A stretch of DNA of 64,000 bases from a virus (taxonomy: Duplodnaviria; Caudoviricetes): positions 2,936 to 66,935 of IMG/VR virus record IMGVR_UViG_2521172663_000002. The stretch is one strand, 5' to 3'. Made by a program: the position numbers and the translations under genes. Below are positions 58,276 to 64,000 of this stretch, one piece after another. Within the stretch, counting starts at the first letter, position 1. Every line of letters begins with the position of its first letter. The notes beneath the pieces were generated by a model, which made no database searches, was not told the DNA's origin, and worked only from the letters and a program-made list of their open reading frames with translations.

Positions 58276-58353
58276 GAATATCGGCCTAACCAGCCGCTCG
58301 GCAACCAACCGGGACCACCACATTGGCGCAAGACGCCAGAAAGAGGGGATATC

Positions 58354-59019
58354 ATGCTCAGACGATTCCTGCGTGCATTATTGCGGCGTTCGCCGACAGC
58401 ATTCCTCGTTGCTTTATTCCTCGTCGTCGCCGCTACCTCTGCGGCCGCGTACGCGCTCCTTCCTCCGCCCAATTTGCCGGCGACCGAGAGCGCCACCGTC
58501 AAAATCCAAGTCAACGACGCCCACGGCTCCGGCGTCCACATAGGCGACGGCTTTATCGTCACTGCTGCACACGTCGTCGGCGACGCTAAAGAGGTCCAGA
58601 TGAAGGCGAAGGACGCCGAGTTCCGCAAGGCGGACGTCCTTTGGGTCAATAAGGCCAACGACATCGCACTGCTGCGCACGTCGTCGGACGGCTTAGGGAT
58701 TGCTCACCTTTCCTGCCGCTCGGTGAATGCTGGCGATCCTATCGTTGCCTACGGCAATCCCCTGCAAATCGAATTCGTTGCCGCGTACGGCAAGATTGCC
58801 GGCGAGCCTCGCAAAACAGGTCCGTGGAACGCTGTCTATGTGACCGACATCACGACCGTGATGGGGCAATCAGGCGGGCCTGTCTTTACGGACAAGGGCG
58901 ACCTGATCGGCATCACCGTCGGCGTCATGGCGGCGCCTATTGGCTTCTCAGGCTCGCTGGTTGGATATGGGTATGTCGTGCCTTCGACTGCTGTTTGTGA
59001 GTTGTTGGCGCGGAAGTAA
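58354..59019 (+). CDS. Exported trypsin-like serine protease
   Basis: Signal/TM; TAAHV, DIALL, GQSGGP triad. Confidence 0.9.
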   Translation: MLRRFLRALLRRSPTAFLVALFLVVAATSAAAYALLPPPNLPATESATVKIQVNDAHGSGVHIGDGFIVTAAHVVGDAKEVQMKAKDAEFRKADVLWVNKANDIALLRTSSDGLGIAHLSCRSVNAGDPIVAYGNPLQIEFVAAYGKIAGEPRKTGPWNAVYVTDITTVMGQSGGPVFTDKGDLIGITVGVMAAPIGFSGSLVGYGYVVPSTAVCELLARK

Positions 59020-59071
59020 AATCATCAGGCCGCCCACCAAGCGGCCTCAACCACCACCTCGAGGAGAGCGC

Positions 59072-60322
59072 ATGCTACCTACCGAAGAACTCCGCCGAAG
59101 AGTCGACGCTTACCGTGAACACGGCACGCTTATCAAAGCAGCTGCTGCCCTTGGCATCGGCAAGTCTGCGCTTGCTGAGAGCGTGAAGCGCGCTGCTGAG
59201 GCTGGCATGCTTGGCACTGAGCCTGTCTTGCCAGGATTCCGCATCAGCCGCATCAGCAACACGCCGAGCGGCACGTTCATCCAGCAAGCGCCCGAGCGTG
59301 GTGAGCGTTTCGAAGTGCCAGCTGGCCATGTTGTCAAAGGCGTGTCTGCCCTCGTCGATGCTAACGGGCGAGTTATCCAACAATGGCAGAAGACGGCGGT
59401 GGAGGCAGAAGGCCAGCTTGCCGCCTTTCAAGCAATGGTCGACGGCCTCAAGGAAGATCTTCCCCGTATCACGATCATGCCCGCGCCGCAGCACGTCGAA
59501 GAAGATTTGCTCAACCAGTTCGTTGTGACAGACAGCCATTTCGGAATGCTCGCTCACCGCGAGGAGACAGGCGCTGACTACGATCTTCGTCTGGCCGAGC
59601 AGTTGCTGCTAGATTGGTTTGCCGCCGCCGTGGCAGGTGCTCCGCAGGCGCACACAGCCGTTCTTGCACAGCTCGGAGACCTTTTACACCACGACGCCCT
59701 CGAGAGCGTCACGCCTGCACATAAGCACGTCCTCGATGCCGATTCCCGCCTTCATAAGGTGGTCCGCGTCGTCATCAGAACACTACGGCGCGTCGTCGAC
59801 ATGCTGCTACAGAAGCACAAGCACGTTCACGTCGTGATGGCGTCTGGCAATCACGATCCTGCCTCATCTGTTTGGGTTCGAGAGCTTCTTGCGACGATTT
59901 ATGAGAACGAGCCGCGCGTGACGGTCGATACCAGCCCGATGCTGTATTATGCCTACAAGTGGGGAGACACAGCGCTGTTCTATCACCACGGCCATAAGCG
60001 CGGCGTGGCCCAGGTCGACGCTACGCTCGCAGGCACGTTCCGCGAGATGTTCGGCGCCTCGAAATACGCCTTCGCTCATGTGGGCCACCTGCACAGCGAT
60101 GAAGGCCGCAAGTCGGCGCTGATGTATGTCGAGCGCCATGAGACGCTTGCCGCTCCTGATGCTTACGCTGCTGGCGGTGGATGGCTGTCCGGTCGATCTG
60201 CCAAGGTCATCACGTATTCGCGCCGATATGGCGAAGTGGCTCGGGCGACGTTGCGGCCGGAGATGGTTGCTGGTCGGTATTCGGCTGCGAATGACAATGA
60301 GCCGGTGAAGGCGGCGGCGTGA
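59072..60322 (+). CDS. Calcineurin-like metallophosphoesterase with N-terminal HTH
   Basis: DSH, GDLLH, GNHD, HHGH, GHLH; ends AANDNEPVKAAA. Confidence 0.8.
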   Translation: MLPTEELRRRVDAYREHGTLIKAAAALGIGKSALAESVKRAAEAGMLGTEPVLPGFRISRISNTPSGTFIQQAPERGERFEVPAGHVVKGVSALVDANGRVIQQWQKTAVEAEGQLAAFQAMVDGLKEDLPRITIMPAPQHVEEDLLNQFVVTDSHFGMLAHREETGADYDLRLAEQLLLDWFAAAVAGAPQAHTAVLAQLGDLLHHDALESVTPAHKHVLDADSRLHKVVRVVIRTLRRVVDMLLQKHKHVHVVMASGNHDPASSVWVRELLATIYENEPRVTVDTSPMLYYAYKWGDTALFYHHGHKRGVAQVDATLAGTFREMFGASKYAFAHVGHLHSDEGRKSALMYVERHETLAAPDAYAAGGGWLSGRSAKVITYSRRYGEVARATLRPEMVAGRYSAANDNEPVKAAA

Positions 60323-60326
60323 CGCC

Positions 60327-60509
60327 CTAGCGAACATACCAGTATCCGCCAGCGCCCAGCGCGATGAACGGTGCAAGCCTGTAGGTCACGGCGATGATCG
60401 TAAGCAGCAACATTCCAAGAGTGTTGTTTGCTTCACCCTCGGTTTTACCGTGCCTGAACTTAAGGAAGGTATTCATTTGGTGCTCCAGGATTAGAATCGC
60501 TGGCACCAC
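60327..60509 (-). CDS. Small hydrophobic peptide
   Basis: TM-like; antisense insert; likely start MNTF. Confidence 0.4.
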   Translation of the reverse strand: MVPAILILEHQMNTFLKFRHGKTEGEANNTLGMLLLTIIAVTYRLAPFIALGAGGYWYVR

Positions 60510-60683
60510 AATGGCAATAAGGACTCCCTACGGGCCGAAGGTCAATTGCCAATGGGGGATAACCACCGAAACAACCGGAAAATTGGGATTTCTTGAGCAT
60601 TTATACAGTGCCTTCCCCAGCAATCCCCAACCGACGCCAATCACCAATTGGCATCGAATCACCGCACCACTGAGGAGACAGAA

Positions 60684-61310
60684 ATGGAAATTGTAGGAAC
60701 ACTTCGAAATGCGCAGAGATTGTCGAAGAGCCAAGATCATCGCGCACCTTGTCTGTATGGGCAAGTTTACGGCGATACCAAAGGTCGGTTCCTTGATGGC
60801 GAATGGATCACCACCCGCACAATTATGAGCGAGGAAGGCGATGAGTTCCGGACGCGCTTTAGCGCTTACAAGGTGGAAACGTGGGCGGAAGGTCACGCAT
60901 CTGTCGCAGCCAACGACAACAAACCTCACAACCACGCCGCAGCCATCAACCTATTTGCAGCCGACTGCCACGCAGCGAGCCGCAGAGCAGGCTGGTACAC
61001 AGACCTCGCCACAGGCAAGGCGCTGGACCGCAACGTGCCTGAGATGCTTTGCCTGATCCACAGCGAGATCAGCGAAGCGATGGAAGGCTATCGCAAGTCG
61101 AAGCCTGGCAAGGTTATGATGGACGACAAGCTGCCGCACCGGCCGATGGCTGAGGTCGAGCTTGCCGACGCGATGATCCGGATCGGCGATCTGGCATCGT
61201 TCCTTGGGTACGACCTTGGTGGCGCCATCGTCGAGAAGATGGCATTCAATGCCAACCGACCTGACCATAAGATTGAGAACCGGCTTATGGCTGGTGGGAA
61301 GGCGTTTTGA
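60684..61310 (+). CDS. MazG-like NTP pyrophosphohydrolase with extra N-terminal domain
   Basis: LIHSEISEAMEGYRK..EVELADAMIRIGD..EKMAFNANR. Confidence 0.85.
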   Translation: MEIVGTLRNAQRLSKSQDHRAPCLYGQVYGDTKGRFLDGEWITTRTIMSEEGDEFRTRFSAYKVETWAEGHASVAANDNKPHNHAAAINLFAADCHAASRRAGWYTDLATGKALDRNVPEMLCLIHSEISEAMEGYRKSKPGKVMMDDKLPHRPMAEVELADAMIRIGDLASFLGYDLGGAIVEKMAFNANRPDHKIENRLMAGGKAF

Positions 61311-61975
61311 CCATGGATAAAAGCGCCCTACCGACATGGCATCACCGTTACGAGCCAGCCGACAAGTACGTTGCGGCTAATGACAACGAGCGCGGCCAGT
61401 ACATAGGCCTGACACGCAACCAGCCTGCCGAACCGCCCCGCACAGGTTCGTTCATGCAGACATACACCGGCCGTCAGTATTGGCCGATGGACCCGCACCC
61501 GCGCGAAATCTACATTGAGGACATCGCGCACTCGCTGAGCCTGCAATGCCGCTACGCAGGTCACTGCATCAAATTCTACAGCGTCGCCGAGCACTCTGTC
61601 CTCATCGCACGTCACCTCGCGGCGATACGCGCGCCTGAGGTCGCTTTGGCTGGCCTTCTGCATGATGCGCCTGAGGCTTACTGCGTGGACATTCCGCGCC
61701 CGCTCAAGCCGTACCTGACGAACTACCGTGCGATCGAGCAAGACAACTGGCTGGCTATCGCGGCGCGGTTTGGTTTGCCGAAGGAGTTGCCGCGCGAGGT
61801 TCATGACGCGGACAACCGCATCATCGCCGACGAGCTAGTCAACCTGCGCGAGATGCCGTGGCACGCCAAGCATGACAAGCCGCTGGGCGTGAAGCTGCGA
61901 TACTGGTCGCCGGAGGAGGCTGAAACGGAGTTCCTGGCAACGTTTGAAGCGCTGATGGCGGGGAGGGCGGCATGA
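61307..61975 (+). CDS. HD-domain 5'-deoxynucleotidase-like (YfbR/YfdR)
   Basis: IEDIAHSLS..RYAGH..YSVAEHS..LLHDAPEAY. Confidence 0.9.
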   Translation: MTMDKSALPTWHHRYEPADKYVAANDNERGQYIGLTRNQPAEPPRTGSFMQTYTGRQYWPMDPHPREIYIEDIAHSLSLQCRYAGHCIKFYSVAEHSVLIARHLAAIRAPEVALAGLLHDAPEAYCVDIPRPLKPYLTNYRAIEQDNWLAIAARFGLPKELPREVHDADNRIIADELVNLREMPWHAKHDKPLGVKLRYWSPEEAETEFLATFEALMAGRAA

Positions 61976-62250
61976 CCATCAAACCCGGCGACGAAGTCGT
62001 CTGCATCGACGACACCACCCTTCCAGAGCAATACCTCGGCATCCGTGCCGGGGAGGTTTACCGCGCAACGTGGGTAGGCATGTGCCGCACATACCTCGGT
62101 GGCGACTATGCGGGCATCAGGCTGGCAGCAGTGAACCGCGGCATCTGCCCGCAATTCGGCGAAGAGGATCCACCCTTTGCGGCGCGGCGGTTCAGGCCGG
62201 TTGTGAACCGTTCGGTGGAGAACAAGAAAAATATTGAGGAGACGGTATGA
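61972..62250 (+). CDS. Hypothetical phage protein
   Basis: GDEVVCID..FAARRFRP. Confidence 0.7.
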   Translation: MTIKPGDEVVCIDDTTLPEQYLGIRAGEVYRATWVGMCRTYLGGDYAGIRLAAVNRGICPQFGEEDPPFAARRFRPVVNRSVENKKNIEETV

Positions 62251-62813
62251 GCGACCTGATCAACCGAATGAACGCGGTAATCGCGAAATCGTCAATTGTT
62301 TACGAGGCTGCCATGGAAGACTTTCGTAGAAACTTCACGCTCGGCGAAACCATCACATCCAAAGACACCGGCTGCCTTACGGCTGTACCGGCGAATGATA
62401 ACGCTGTGGTTCCGGTAGAGCTCGAACCTCTGGCCGAAGCGATCGGTAAACTTCCATCGTCAAATCCGAAGCGCGCATTCGGAGTGAAGAAGCCGTCGGC
62501 GCAATTCGTGCCACCGGTGGCAATCATCGAGGAAAGCGTCGTGATGGCTCTCGGCGCTGCGAAATACGGTGCATTCAATTGGCAGGATGATCCGGTCGAC
62601 GCCACCACGTATTACAGCGCGGCGATCCGCCATTTGCTGCAATGGTTCTCGGGGCAGGACATCGATTCGGAGAGTGGCGCGTCTCACTTGGCGCATGTTC
62701 GGGCCTGCATGGGGATTCTTCTGGATGCAAAGGCGGCAGGCACCTTGATTGACGACCGGCCAAAGTGTGCGTCGGCAAGTGAAGCTATTGAGCGGTTGAA
62801 GGTGGCGGCTTGA
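62247..62813 (+). CDS. dATP/dGTP diphosphohydrolase domain (DUF5664)
   Basis: GAAKYGAFNW..AAIRHL..DSESGASHLAH. Confidence 0.88.
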   Translation: MSDLINRMNAVIAKSSIVYEAAMEDFRRNFTLGETITSKDTGCLTAVPANDNAVVPVELEPLAEAIGKLPSSNPKRAFGVKKPSAQFVPPVAIIEESVVMALGAAKYGAFNWQDDPVDATTYYSAAIRHLLQWFSGQDIDSESGASHLAHVRACMGILLDAKAAGTLIDDRPKCASASEAIERLKVAA

Positions 62814-62897
62814 CGATGCTGTTTTTGGACGCGAGACCAAGGGTTATGAAGCACATTAATCTTGACGCCTCCAGAGAGCTGTGAGAATTTCAACTTG

Positions 62898-62958
62898 GGC
62901 GATGGTGTAATGGAAACACAACGTTAGGAGTCTAGCCGGGTTCGATTCCTGGCCGCCA
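62898..62958 (+). ncRNA. tRNA-like RNA lacking a normal anticodon arm
   Basis: D-arm gtgt-aatggaa-acac, T-arm ccggg-ttcgatt-cctgg, ends CGCCA; upstream TTGACG-17-GAGAAT. Confidence 0.5.
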
Positions 62959-63009
62959 AAGTGCATGTGGCAGATGCGCTTTGGCGGTTTGGTATTATAC
63001 ATGTGTTAG

Positions 63010-63756
63010 GTGGAAATGGCTGCCAGCGATTCCGAGCTATACAAAGCTCATGTGCAAAATCTGCGAGCAGTCGATACGGCCATCAGTCAGATTGATCGCG
63101 ACCTTAATCGCGCGATAGCCGAAGAAAACGCCGCTCTCGCCGAGACTCATAAGCGAATCTATCTATTCCTTGCTGGAGCTTGGGCAGAATGCCGTCTCAA
63201 AAAACTGATTTATGAGGACGGTGGATTTTCATCGACTGACCGCGCGATCATTGGAGGAGAACGCACTCAATTTGAGCGATGGAAAAAGGCGTTGGAGATC
63301 GGCTACCGAAAAAGGTACAACGTCAGACGGGCCGTGTTGTCGGGTTCCACTTTGCCAGGGACCCCCTGGTTTAGGTATGAAGCCATTCAAAAGCTCATCC
63401 TTGATGATTTGGCACCGCTAATCGGACTACGAAATACGCTTGCGCACGGGCAGTGGGAAAGACCGCTGAATAGCGATGAGACTGACATATCTGGCACATT
63501 GATAGCGCAGATGAGGCAGGAAAACGCTCTCTCGATCAAATTCAAGCTCCAACTCATTGAAAGCATGTCCGATCTGATACACGATCTCGTTGCCGCGACA
63601 TCTTTCGAGCGAGATTTTGATTACAATTACCGCCTTATAACTACTGCACGAACAAACCTGCTCCGTCGGGACTACTCAAAGTGGGAAGCTGCCATGATTG
63701 AGAAGAAGCGAAGAGGCCGGCAGAAAAGGAATGAAGCCATCTCAGGATCATCGTGA
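63010..63756 (+). CDS. HEPN-like protein
   Basis: AWAECRL and RNTLAHG (RxxxxH). Confidence 0.6.
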   Translation: MEMAASDSELYKAHVQNLRAVDTAISQIDRDLNRAIAEENAALAETHKRIYLFLAGAWAECRLKKLIYEDGGFSSTDRAIIGGERTQFERWKKALEIGYRKRYNVRRAVLSGSTLPGTPWFRYEAIQKLILDDLAPLIGLRNTLAHGQWERPLNSDETDISGTLIAQMRQENALSIKFKLQLIESMSDLIHDLVAATSFERDFDYNYRLITTARTNLLRRDYSKWEAAMIEKKRRGRQKRNEAISGSS

Positions 63757-63770
63757 TCAAGACATATAGA

Positions 63771-63805
63771 AAACTCCGCCACTAACCACGGCGGGGTTTT
63801 TCTTT
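63771..63805 (+). terminator. Intrinsic terminator
   Basis: aaactccgcc/ggcggggttt + T run. Confidence 0.75.
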
Positions 63806-63936
63806 GCCTCGCATAAGTTGCACCACCGGAACGTCCGCAGAACGACTTTTGCAAACTGGCAGCAAACTACGCAAACCGCGACGTACGCAAGCGATCACTA
63901 ATGTGCCGGTTTTATCAATGATTTTAGGTGGTTAGG

Positions 63937-63985
63937 TGGTGAGAGCGCAGGGATTCGAACCCTGGACCTACTGATTAAAAGTCAG
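63937..63985 (-). mobile_element. att core = 3' half of tRNA-Lys(TTT)
   Basis: Minus strand CTGACTTTTAATCAGTAGGTCCAGGGTTCGAATCCCTGCGCTCTCACCA; 5' half absent. Confidence 0.85.
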
Positions 63986-64000
63986 GCTTTTATGTAATGT

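Larger units (their letters stand above)
1..63985. mobile_element. Temperate siphophage / prophage, left end outside window
   Basis: Immunity, replication, packaging, head, tail, lysis modules and att core. Confidence 0.97.

Noticed and set aside
2073-62402. GCNAAYGAYAAY as a DNA repeat or operator
   Set aside because: Always in the coding frame with variation confined to synonymous positions; best explained as a peptide motif.
59072-62813. 2-aminoadenine (Z-genome) cluster
   Set aside because: HD and MazG-like genes are present but no PurZ-like synthetase or phage DNA polymerase is seen.
63937-63985. Functional tRNA-Lys gene
   Set aside because: D-arm and 5' acceptor strand are missing; treated as att core.

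Overview
The window is almost a whole temperate siphophage genome of a Rhizobiaceae-type host. HK97-type head genes, a lambda-like tail, an alphaproteobacterial LexA box and EcfG-type promoters support this; the layout recalls Rhizobium phage 16-3 (inference). Left to right: two tandem CI-like repressors (one not in the ORF track); an early recombination/replication operon (Sak4, SSB-like, beta clamp, Cas4-like nuclease, sigma-like factor, helicase, Gp157, two MTases, primase-helicase) interrupted by antisense defence morons; small autoregulated and stress morons; a variant tRNA-fMet; packaging, head, tail and lysis genes; surface-modification and SOS morons; a nucleotide-hydrolase operon; and a tRNA-Lys-derived att core. 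No integrase is visible. Two genome-wide signals stand out. (1) The peptide ANDN, the start of the alphaproteobacterial tmRNA (ssrA) tag, occurs 16 times in 13 phage proteins with freely varying codons, and 16 proteins end in -AA, suggesting hard-coded SspB/ClpXP degron mimicry. (2) About 13 short hairpins with ACCA loops, usually followed by CACCAC and a GAGGAGA ribosome-binding site, precede non-structural genes only, suggesting a dispersed RNA regulatory element. All calls are motif recognition by eye; no searches were run.
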